From: Eledone cirrhosa
Taxonomy: Eukaryota
Direction: 5' to 3'
NCBI GenBank assembly: GCA_964016885.1
Contig: OZ024746.1
Coordinates: forward strand, 60,822,001 to 60,886,000
DNA: 64,000 nucleotides
Numbering within the stretch: the first letter of the stretch is position 1; the number at the start of each line of letters is the position of its first letter. The position numbers and the translations under genes are program-made. Below, in pieces: positions 1 through 33,739 of this stretch. The notes beneath the pieces were generated by a model, which saw only the letters and a list, made by a program, of their open reading frames with translations, searched no databases and was not told the DNA's origin.

Positions 1-1648
1 TAACTTCCAATCATTGCTATCATATGTTATGAAAGCTGGAACCCCCTGCCAGTTGACCCCCAACATCATTTAAAAGATTATACTGCAGGATGCTGAATGA
101 AGCCAACTACTACTACTACTACTCAATGGAGTGTGAACTGTTTGCATTGCAGCACTTGCTGTTTAATATTGAGGGAGAAAGCAAGGCTTGAACTGGTCTT
201 GCCAATACTGTCACAATGCTAGTCAGGATCCAATTGCTCCCACTGTCATTTTGTTAGGACACTTTTTATAAATTGATTTAGTTGTCACATGTATTTAATT
301 TAATGTCAATGCTTTCTAAAGAAAAGAGAAAATGACTTGGCAGCGCCTCTTAAAATTTGAACTAAGAAACTATATGAAAGCAAGAGAAAATGTATTAGAA
401 AAACACAATACTTGGAAACAAAATATTTTCCTTGGAATTTAAAAAGAGAAAAAAATATTGCAAATGTAATATCTAATGTTCTGTTATTGCATTGCATAAC
501 TTAGTTCTTGTGGTACTTATATTATTCCTGTATAATTACAATTATATGTGGAGGCACATCTACTTCTCTTTTCTGTATATGGTTCCCATACTGCATTTTT
601 TTTACACTCTGTATTCTTTTTATTTGACATCTATGCCAATTTATCTATATTACTATTACTAATTATTACCACAACTACTAGTGCTACTACTGCTATTTAA
701 AAAAAAAATTTGTTTACTATTCTTAGTTTAGTAAATGTGCGCGCTTTTAAGTTCTTGTTATGTTGTCAATCTGTAAGCTATTTTGTGTCTAAATAAGAAA
801 ACTTAAGAACGAAGTATGTGGAACATACATGCTAAAAACATTTTCTACTAATTTAAAGCTTAGAATTATTAGTAATACATATTTTTCTTTTTTACCCCCT
901 TCCTTTTTTCTGTCTGTCTCTTGAGTCAGTATAAAATAAATGCAGCAATACCATCCTGGCTACATTGTGCAGTATATCTACATTGACAAAGGATTGTTTA
1001 ACTGCTTAGGGATAGATAAGATTCTTTATTGTTTTTTTTTTATTTATTAAGTTCAAATCACAGCAACACTATTTATTGAATGTATGCAACTTCCAGTTAC
1101 AAATGATGCAAATTTTCCACTATTTTGAATAATTTTTTGATTTTTATTTGGTTAAAGCAGGGTAGATGGCTAGAACAGCATAGTGCCAGGTTGGATGCTT
1201 TAGTGTAATCAGTTTGGTACCTCACTGTTGTTCTAACTTTAAAATCCCTATTGGACTCAATTTTTTTTTCTTCATCCTTCAAGACCTTATCAATATACTG
1301 AGGTTAGTTAACTTTCTCCCTACAAAAAATTTGCCTGAATCCTGAATGATCTGATTCCATGATAGTTAACTTCCATGATAGACAATTGTAAGAGTTAATA
1401 AATTTTAATTTTAGTTATTTCAGTTTTGTTGGAGAATGAATACATATATATATTATATTAGTACTGAAATATTTCAACTTCTATATATAATTTCACCTGG
1501 CAAGCACTGTAATTAGTTTAACCTACGAAAACAAATTTGGTGGCAGGGGTGGGGCACTAAACTGTAACTATCACTTGATTTTCATGAGTCTATATGTAAT
1601 ATATGTTGACAAAAATAAATATCTAATGTCTATTATTCACTGTTTAAG

Positions 1649-1690
1649 GGTTAGTCCATCTCATGGTCCCAGCGGACTGAATGGAATATG
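1649..1690 (+). promoter_or_regulatory. Candidate poison/micro-exon in OGT intron (tandem acceptors at 1648 and 1654)
   Basis: CTAAT 1623-1627, AG-free run to AAG|GGTTAG|, donor ATG|GTAAGG at 1691; starts a GC-richer island. Confidence 0.5.
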
Positions 1691-2705
1691 GTAAGGGAGA
1701 CGTACTGGAACACTTGCGGGTAGCCAACTGCGCCTTGAGAACAGTAAATAGGGATGTGGTCCAGGGGCCAAGAATGCTAGAAGTCTCCAGTGTCATAGGT
1801 GTGACAACAAACCTATCAAGAGACGCTGATATTTTGACAGTTTGCCCTCTTTGGTCTGACGACCACTGAAGCCAAGCACACTAGGTTGTCGCTGGAAAAG
1901 GTGTTGCGACTTGTAGCATTCCAGATGAGGGTCTTACTGACATGGAATGGGAGGGTTCTCATGTCTGGGCTGCTAGCTGAAATTGAGGAGGGAAGCCCAT
2001 GGCATCCAGACCATGGTTTATGATCTTGTTAAGAGCTGCACTGTAATTAGTAGTTAGTTTACATTACACGTTTAATGCAATTTTTTTAAGAGTCTTTTTT
2101 CTTGCATATTAATTCAACAGTTGCTTTTTTTGCATTGGCAAGGCTTCATTGTCCAATACAGATTATAACCAGGTCTAGAATATATCCCCATCTCAAAGTG
2201 CAGGTGTGCAGCTAAATGGTCATAACTCCATCTAGTTTCACAACTGTTTTCTAAATTTATTATATTGAATGATTTTCATTTGATTTATATCTTAGGAGTT
2301 AATCAAACCTATATATGCAATTAGGTTTTTTCTTAAAGGTGAGAGCAGTATATAGTAAGGCTAGCTGCTTGCTTATGGGGTAAAGCATGTGGATGATTAC
2401 TTGGTAATGTAAATATGCCAGTATTCTACATATATTAGTATGGTTAAGTTATAATGAAGTCTTTACTAACAGAGGGATTCATAAAAGGCATTACTTATAT
2501 TTGTCCCTATAAAAAATTTGACAAATTTTATTGCTAATATGTAATTTTAAACTGGATGTTATCCATTGAATAAAATTTCTGTGAGTTGATTTTAATCAAT
2601 TTTCATATTTTTAAAAACTTGACTGCTGATTATTCACTGTTGTCAACATTCTGTACCACTGAACACTAATGATCGTCTTTTTTGATTTCTACACAAGCAA
2701 TGCAG

Positions 2706-2951
2706 GTGTGCTCACTGCTATCAAATAGTGTGCCCGCCTGGTCAGTCGGTCACTCGTGTCTCCTGGGTCAGTCACTAGCTGTGGGTCGGTCAGCGGTTGG
2801 TCTCATCTTCTACCTACTCCCGGCCCAGCCTGGCCAGGGCAGGCTGCTGCAGCAGCACCAGGACCAAAGGACAGACTCCTCCTAGTTGACTACTACTACT
2901 ACTACTACAGAGCTATGAATGAATACATTGGTATTAGTAGACATCTCTGAG
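2706..2951 (+). promoter_or_regulatory. Candidate poison/decoy exon in OGT intron
   Basis: CACTAAT 2664-2670, T-tract, AAG(2697) and CAG(2705) acceptors, in-frame TAG 2883-2885, cluster of weak donors 2931-2982. Confidence 0.55.
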
Positions 2952-3550
2952 GTGTGAGCTGAAGGTATTGTATACTTAAATGTGAGTCAATTTCAGTTGT
3001 AGTCCCTGGCTATTTCTCTCCTATTTCTGCAGTGTAATGACATCTCTTTTACTGATTCATGATGGTCAAGTGTGATTTGGGGCAGTTTGGATTGCAAATT
3101 TTTCACCACCTAATGATATATGTATATTTTCCTTTGGTTATAGTTTCTGCTGCTGGCTTCAAAATTATTTACTCTTCATTGTCATAAAGGACACAGCTTA
3201 TTTTGACTCAACCTTCAAAGTTGTTGATGGAAGTAATATTTGTTTTAATTTCAGTTATTTTAGATGATGAGAGCATTTAGTTCATATAACTCTTTAACAT
3301 TCTCTCGACTAATAAGCGATCTTATTCAATTAAAAAGAAATGTTAATTTAAGAACTGACAAGATTAATTAGTTTATCCTCCCCTCTCACTTTTACAAATG
3401 CTGGTGCTTGTCTGTTAAAAATAAACCCATTGCAAGATGTTAGAATTATAACAAAATCCAAAATATTGTGTATATGTGTGTAGTAAATATACATTTTTTA
3501 TTGCAAATATCAGGCATCTTTAGTTGGAACTATCTACTTGGCATTATTAT

Positions 3551-3922
3551 TGGCAGTGGATTGGCAGTATCGGTAGAGTCGGACCCCATGCTATGCAATG
3601 TAGAGTTACGGCCTTTTACGGTCTGAGTTCAAATTCTGCCGAGGTTAACTTTGCCGTTCATTCTTACGGGGTCGATAAAATAAAGTACCAGTAATACACT
3701 GGGATAATTGCTGGCTTTGTGCCAAAAGTAGAAACAATTATTATTGGCAGTATCGGTAGAGGGTCGGACGCCAAGCTTTGACGCATAGTTACGGCCCTTG
3801 CCATTCTGAGTTCAAATCCCACCGAGGTTAACTTTGCCTTTCATCCTTACGGGGTCGATAAAATAAAGTACCAGTAATGCACTGGGTAATTGCTGGCCTT
3901 GTGCCAAAAGTAGAAACAATTA
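3551..3922 (+). mobile_element. Tandem pair of tRNA-derived SINEs (Meta-domain-like)
   Basis: A box TGGCAGTATCGG, B box GAGTTCAAATCC, core GCCTTTCATCCTTACGGGGTCGATAAAATAAAGTACCAG; other copies near 13365, 24870, 34053, 35100, 40078(-), 44078, 48215, 55105, 55460(-), 61408(-), 61560. Confidence 0.85.
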
Positions 3923-6900
3923 TTGTAGCTGCATGTGCAGTTTCACTTCTTAGTATTGACATTTGAATGTTTTGATATTTGTTCAAAAACTTTGTTGGCA
4001 AAAGAATGTTTTTTTTATTATCACAAATGTTTCTTTGGCACACTCCAGTTTATTTGTTGACTCTGATAATCTTAATTTTAAAGAATGTATTTTGTCATGA
4101 GGTTAAGTGTAATTAATATATAATTATGCTCTGACCTCCCAAAATACATTGCAAATTTTGTAAAAATTATTTACTTAATTCTTAAATTATTTTAATGGAT
4201 TCTTTGTATTTTTTGTAATTTATTATTTTTTTTGTTTCTATGGAAAGTGTAAATTTTGTAACCTGAAAATCTAATTGATGTAGTTTGGAATTCTTTGATT
4301 ACAAATGGCTTTATTGGCAAGTACAGTTAACTAAAAATACATATTGAATTTAGTTCAACACTTTTCAGTTTGTGTTTTGATTTATATCTTTTTTTTTTAA
4401 TATTACTTGTGCTTTATGGAAGAAAAACTTTAAAATGCAATTTAGCACCTTAATATGATATATTAAAATGTTATTTTCTTGGTATATAATTATATTTTTC
4501 AGAAAGAATATATAATTTTTCTTTATGCATTTACTAACATAAGAACGGGATTAAGAATCTTCAAATGAAATTACATGGGCAAGAGAATTAGAACAATACT
4601 TCACTTTAGTTGAATGGATATTTATAATCCTTATTTCAATTTAGTGAATACTTACTATTATTTAAACATTCTCTATTCTGTCCGCTGAGGCTGCGAGGCA
4701 GTCAGTACGTGGGCCCCCATTTGCTCATAGTAGTGAGAAATAGGGAGAGCGGGAGGGATGGAGGCAGTGACAGTGGGAGTTTGGTTCCTTTGTGTTCAGA
4801 CTTATATTTTACACACATAATCTTGTTATTAAAGACAAGGTTAACAGTTTAATGGTTCTAGGTATTCAGGTGTTAAATTTTCAGTATAATTGTACATATT
4901 CTTTTTTGAGCTATAAAAAAGGGGAGCAACTATTCTCGTAGATTGCCTGAAGGAAAAATTGTTTTAAGAATGCAATACCTAGAGTAAAGTTTGAGTCTAA
5001 TTTAGGATACCTGCATCTTGAAGGCAGCCACCACTCCTTTAGTTAATTATGGTAAACTTAGAAACTATATATTTGCAACCATTATGTTTTTCTATTTTAT
5101 ATGTACATCTAAATTAATGCAGGAAACTGCAAAAAAATGAGAAGATAGTTTCAGTAGAAATGGTTCACATCTTGTGAACCATTGAATATTTTACATTCTG
5201 TTGTTTGTTTTCCATTGAATTCCTAGAACAGTTCACCATCCTCCTTGTTTATATCAGTAAACTGTGATGGACCATAGAAAGTTATTTATAATGCTAGTAA
5301 TGGCAAATAGACGTTTGAAAAGTCTTAGTTTGTTTTATTCAATTGTAAAATGTTCCTTGAACTTAAAAAAAAAGAAAATTATTACAAGTATGACAAGATA
5401 TTATACTATTTGTTTAGAATACTTAATTTCAAATTATTTTAAAACACCCATTCTATTGCTATAGAATTTTGATAATCTTTTGATTTAATATGAAATTGTT
5501 TTTCCAGTTTTTGGGGTTGCTCTGCAATATTGGTATTATGTTATGAGTGTTTGCTCAGGGAAATATTGAAAAATATTCAGTTCTATTAAAATAAAGCTCT
5601 TGTAAATTTGAAAATATGCTGTGTTGTATGGAATACACTTTCTTTATAAGATTTTGCTACACAAGTTAGATAATGAAATTTCTATATTCAAGTTTCTCAT
5701 GTCTTAAGTACACAATGGTTGTTTTATAAATTAATTGTTTTCTTTCCATTTTCATATTACAAAATTATACAGGAATATATAGTAAATTTTGTTGGTTTAA
5801 CGTCAAAGTGGTAATTTATAATTATATTTATTATATCTCTTTTTGCTGATAATATTGTTAGGTATTTCTGGTTGATTTCTTTAAATGGTGGTTTTGTTTT
5901 ATTTTCCCTCCTTCTGTTTCTTTCCATCCTGCTGTCCCATGTAACAGCTTTACCTCTTTATGCCATTATACTGCAGTTGAAAGGATATTGATATGCCCTA
6001 AAATACAAGAAAAATAGAAAACAAAAACACCAGCATCAAATAACTTAATTTGTATTATTAAAAGTGACTACTATAATACTGATTTTTTAAGGTTCTTTTC
6101 ATATTTTTTCATACAAGCTTTTTTTTATAAAGTCATTTTTCATAACATCACTAATTTCTACAAAATTATTGCTAATTTTTCAGAATAATTGTTTTTCTAT
6201 CTTTTTCATTTTTCTTCTATTAGATTTTTTTTTTACATTTTATTTCGTTTCTTTACAATTTTTTCTTTGTCGATTTCATTTTTATATTTCTATATCAATA
6301 TTTTTGTGTGTATGTATTTTATGCAGTTACTTTTTTATTCCCTTAGCGCGCGAAGCATTGCGCGGACGCACTTGGTCGCAGGCGAATAGAAACTTTTTTT
6401 TAGATGTCAGGTTTCTTCTCCTGTATTTTAAAGTTGCCTCATCAGGTCATGGATGACATGTTAAATCACTTGTGTGTCTTCGATTTATCCAATATTTCTC
6501 GGATGATAAATTTTAGCAGTATGAAATAGATAATTCACTTTGGACATATAGATGACACATTTAAAGTGTTGCATTTTAGAAAACTTTAAATAGTAGTTGT
6601 TGATGAAAGGACTGTTAATTTTCAACAATAAGACTAATATCTTGTTTTAGTTGAGAAAGGACTGTTCTTGAGCTAAAGTAAATACACTACTATAAAAAAG
6701 AGAACTTATCATTGGAATTTTAACTAGAAAAATTTGAAAATTTATAATTAGTCATGTGTGGTTACCAATGGGTTGAGGCAGCTTGTTGGAAGAAAAGTGA
6801 AACCTAATTATTTTATTTCACCAAGCAGAACAGCTTTCCTCTTCTATTATTACAGGAGAAGAGAAATGGCATCTTTTTGTTTTCCTTTTATATACATATA

Positions 6901-7438
6901 TATTTAATTCTATATATGTATGTATATAAAATGTGTGAATGTGTGTATGCATATATATATATATGTGTGTGTGTATGTATGCATATATATATATATATGA
7001 TTTTTGTTTTACTTTGGTGTTATCAGCACAAGTCATCACTAATGTATGGTTTATAGAATCAAAGTTTCTTTTTAGCAGCTAACATTTCAAATATATAACT
7101 TAAAAAGTTTTAGATTCATCTAAATTTGTATTTATCAATATTTAAATATTGCTTTTTTTTTAAATTCTTTTTTTTTCTCCAGCTAAATCTCAAAAATTAT
7201 ACTTTGGTTCAGATAAAATTGTTAGGTTGCCTAAGAAAACCTGGTTCTAAACTCCTATATGCATGGTTAGTGCTTAACACAGTATATTGCGCGCGTTTAG
7301 TTCATAGTGCAAAACTTCTACTGGAGCGCAGGCGACTTGAGCGCTTTGCTTTTGGATGTTCTTTTTTGACTTACTTTGTCATTTGCAAAAACTAATGCAT
7401 TTATTTTGTATATAACTGTAAATTTGCCTACACTTTAG

Positions 7439-28984
<21,546 letters not shown>

Positions 28985-29214
28985 AGCTAGATTTGTTTTG
29001 TTTGAATTTTTGTTTTAACATTTTTTTCCTCTCTCTCATCATCAACCACCAAAAGAGATGGTGGCAAAAGCAGATCAATAGACCTGGCTATATACAAATA
29101 TATTATATATATACATATATATGTATGTATATAATATATATATGTATGTATATAATATATATATGTATGTATATATATGTATATATATACAAATATATAT
29201 GTATATATATATAT

Positions 29215-29256
<42 letters not shown>

Positions 29257-30028
29257 CTGAAATCACTGTAAGGTAGTTGTGGCTGCTGCAGCAGCAGCAA
29301 CTATCTCCATCAATCATTCACTTCATCACCATAAATTTTGTCAACCTTTTTAACGACATTGGAATCTTATCACTAGATTACACACACACACGCACACAGA
29401 GGCATGTGTGCACATACACAAATAAAAAAAAGCTTACTGTCTGACTCAAATGTTAAGATTGTTAGATTGTATTGTAAAAAAAAAAATTATTTCTCCCAAA
29501 CAACCAGGATCTTTGAGTATGTTTGTAAATATATATGTATGTATGTTTATGTATGCAAATGTATGAAAATATCTACATAGCTGGTCCTTTCATCATTTGA
29601 GAGCACAGCTTAAGACAAAAATCAGAAAACCAGCAGCTGCAAATCCTGTTGCCTTTTTTAAACTTATAAAAAAAAAACCTAAACAAATCTGAAACTGGTT
29701 GCAAAGTAACGGGTCAGGTCAATAGTGACCAGTTATTTTTTTTTATTTTTTTTTTTACTTGACCTTTCACAAAGTTTTGCCTTTTGACTTTTAGATCTGA
29801 AAAGTAAAATGAGAAAACCTAGTGTTAGACACCAATCTAAACCATTAGTGGATGAAATGCTTTCTCAATAAAGATAGCTGTGCAATTAAAATAAAGTTAT
29901 TTATATATATGTATATATAAAACAGCTATTCCTCTTTCAATCACTTTTTAAAAATTTCTTCTCAACATTCATTTTTCAACTGTTATTGGTAGTACTTTTT
30001 GATTTTTAAATTTAAATATGTGTGTGTG

Positions 30029-30072
<44 letters not shown>

Positions 30073-31752
30073 GATTGTGTATATATATATAAATATATAT
30101 ATATACACACACAAACCCACACTGTGGACAAGTAAGTGTCTTCTATGTTGTCATTCTGACAAAAATCTTGTGAGATGAAACTGGTAGCTTATACTGTGCA
30201 GAAACTTGTCCTCTGTGTGTGTGTGTTCACACATATATTTGTGTGTGTTTGTGACTGTTTACACCAGTTTATGTGTCTGTCACGTAACATAACAGTTCTA
30301 CAAAATAGATCAATGCACTGGTGTTGATACAATAACAAATCCTTTGAAGATGGTGCTCCAGCACAGTTTCTGTCTAATGAGTGAAACTAGTAAAAGTATA
30401 TATCTATATATATATAAATTTTTGAAGTGATTGAATGAGGCTTAGGGCTTACTGGAAATTGTTTCAGGGTATTGAATTTTGACATAAACCATGATCCACA
30501 CATTTTGTGAATGGTCATTTTTGTATGTGTATGTATGTTTGTATATATGAGGACATACATATGTACGTGTGTATATAATGGATATGTATGTTAGATATTT
30601 TGATGACTTTTGCAAGAGATGAACAAAAAAGGTATACTGCTGTCAAGTGTCTAATTTTGTTTGTTTGCTTTGATAGTTTTATCTGCAGCACAGTAGTAAT
30701 GATGATGATAATAATAATGATGGTTATCAAGCTAGCAGTTAACCATGTAGTGCTTGATACCTCCAGCTGTTGCTGCTGCTTCTCAGAACTTCTCCAAAGT
30801 GATAATGGATTAAAAATATATTTTATATCCTCATTGAAATGATTATTCTAACAAAGAAATTTGCAATGCAATTTGTTAGCTTGAACCTCATTTTATGTTT
30901 TTATTTTCCTGGTTTATCTTCTGTTCTCCTACACACTTCAGCACACATTTTCAAAATTAAGGACGGGTTGTTTCCTTCCTTGATTTAAAAAAAAAAATTT
31001 TTCAGGTTTAAAATGATTGCAATTTTTTTTCTCTTCCATCGTCCTCATCCTCATTACTATTATTATTATTATTATTATTATTGTTATAAAGAATATTGGG
31101 GCTATGAAATATATTCTAATATTCTAAGTGAAAACTTGTGGGTTTTTTTTCTTCCCTTTAACAAACAAAAAAGATATCAGCCTGAAGAAAATGCCAAGAA
31201 TGAGACTAGTTGTTCTGGTTTCAATTTTCTATTTCTTGGTGAAAGTTCTTTGTGTACAGAAGTATCTGTGGTGCTTGTATTTTCAGTGCAAACCTAAGAT
31301 AGGACCACTGCAAAACACTAGTTTCACAATGTAAAATAAAAATGAAAGGGGTGGACGAGAGAGTATTGTTTAAAGAATTAAATAAAAGGTAGTGTTGGTG
31401 AGAATGTCTCATCATAATCAACTACTCCCATGAAACATTTTACAAAGCAACACTATTCTATAATGACATTTCTATAAACAAATCTGAAAATGGTTTTTGC
31501 TCCATTGATATTTTGGAGATGAGAATCAAACTGATTTGTTTTTGCTTTCACACCAGTAAAAACATTTAGATTATACCAACTTATTACTTTTTATTTGTTG
31601 AAGATGATGATATTCTGGAAGTTCGGGAGTAAGAAAAAAGTTGTACAGAATGAATGTAAAGCAGAAACAAAATCTACTCTTCAAACACATAGACAGACAA
31701 ATTTACAAACAAAAAAAAAACAATAGAATTCTGAGTAATTTCTTATTGTTGG

Positions 31753-31783
<31 letters not shown>

Positions 31784-33739
31784 ATATATTTTATTATTCT
31801 TTGTGCATACTTTGTATTTGCGTACTTAGACTGCATATTGATTTGTTTGGTTCATTTTTGTTAATCCTTAATATTTTCAGTAACCTGCTTAAATGGTTAT
31901 AAGAAATAATTTTTTTTAAAAATTAACCCTCCCTTCTTCTTTTCCACCCATCTCTTAATGATAAAGAAATAAATTAGGTATTTATTGCTCTTCATCTTTT
32001 GTGTCTTTTATGTTTTTTATTTTCAATATATATAACATTATTTTTCTCTTTTGGACACGCGCGCGCACACACACTTTTGAAAGGAAAGAATTTGGAGGAA
32101 TTTAGTAAAATAACCTCAAGTTGGTGTTTGGAATATAATGAGGGTGTTGTCTCCCAATGTCCAGAGCAGCTCGAAGCATTCTTGTATAGGTTCTGTCAGT
32201 TTTTTTTTTCTTTTTCAAGACACTTTGTTAGTCCATGTTGTACATCCATATAATGGAACTTAACTACACAACCACAGAACACGATTTGGTGAACATAGCT
32301 GGAGAGCAAAGGATGAGATCATCAGCGACGTTCTTCTTTGGGAACCATAGTTTGGATACGCAAATGTTGCTAGACCGCATTGAACCTACATAAAGCAACT
32401 GTGTGAAAATTCTGATAGCACCTGAGAAGACCTACCATGAGCAATGGTAGGCTGGAGAGAATGAGTCTTGATGATCTGTGCAATAAGCACGCCTGGATGA
32501 TGATTATGATTTTTGTAGAACCAAGTGCAGTCTCAGGCAATTTGGTATCAAAAGGGGCATACAGACATATTCAATATTTTCTTTGTTTTATATTTCATTA
32601 AAATAGTTTTTGTAATAGACAAGGTAGTGGAGAATTTAAAACTATATTGCCAACTAAAATGTATTGTTTCTATTGTTTTATTTCTCTACGTTGTAAATTC
32701 AAATTCTGCTGGGCGGGCTCAATGTTGTTTTTCCTCTCTCTTGTATTGAGCCACATTGCTGTCATTTCAATCAACTATATATTCCTTTTTGGACTGTTCC
32801 ACATTAGTGTGTGGAGTTAGCAGGATTGGAAAGATAGTGTACTCTGTATTGTGTTTAATATAGTCTTTACAGGTGGAGCTTAAATCTTGTTGGGATTAAC
32901 ATTACTTCGTGCTTCAATCAAAAATATTAGTGTGTTAATTCAATTAAACTTTCACGATACTAATATTTTTCTTGTCAGGAAATTGTAGCATTGATTCAAA
33001 TGACATTAATACTCTGCAGCTTAAGTATATGGTTTTATTCTAGCTCATAGCTGTACTACTACAAATATTACAACTATGCACAGATCCTATAGAAAAGACT
33101 GCCAGTTGTATGTATGTGTGAATTTATTATACGTAATGGTGCAGATAGTCTAATGTTTAAGACATTTACTTTACAAACATTTACTTTATCACACGGTGCA
33201 GCATCTTGACCAAATATTTTCTGTCTCACATCCTTGGGTTCACCTAAGACGTGTGAATGAACTTGAGGAGACGGAAACGGTGTGTAAACCTATCGGACGG
33301 ACTATACATGTAATTGAAACGGCTCGCCGTATCACGCACAAAACACGGACTATACAATACAAAATGTTCGTTGACGAAATCAGAGTATATATATATATAT
33401 ATATATATATCTTTCAGAATTAAGTACGGTGTACCTAAGTATGAATTGAGAAACAGATTCGACACCTTTAGGATATTCACTTATTTTATGTCATTTGTAT
33501 TTACAAATACATTAAATCTCGGAAGCATGCATATGCTCAAATAGAATATTTATTTTCAAGTATATAATTTTCAATAACTCTAGAAAACACGAGTAGCCTC
33601 CCCTAGGGGAATGGCATTTGTATGGAAAATTATATTGAGTTTTGTGGATGTACTGCTTGAGCATATCTGAGAACGTCATGAACTTCATATATTGATATAT
33701 AAGCCTTGTTACTGGTATACATCCTATTTGGCCTGTGTC

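Larger units (their letters stand above)
1..7438 (+). other. OGT: 3' part of the OGT intron positionally equivalent to vertebrate detained intron 4
   Basis: Immediately precedes the [13 protein letters not shown] exon, phase 0; no TPR-coding exon found in 1-7438; branch-like ACTAAT at 7391-7396. Confidence 0.8.

Noticed and set aside
1662-1690. CATGGTCCCAGC resembles part of the HDV genomic ribozyme
   Set aside because: No P1, P3/L3 or P4 elements can be formed around it; a short match is compatible with chance
3551-3650. tRNA-like A and B boxes
   Set aside because: SINE heads with many copies, no cloverleaf; not tRNA genes
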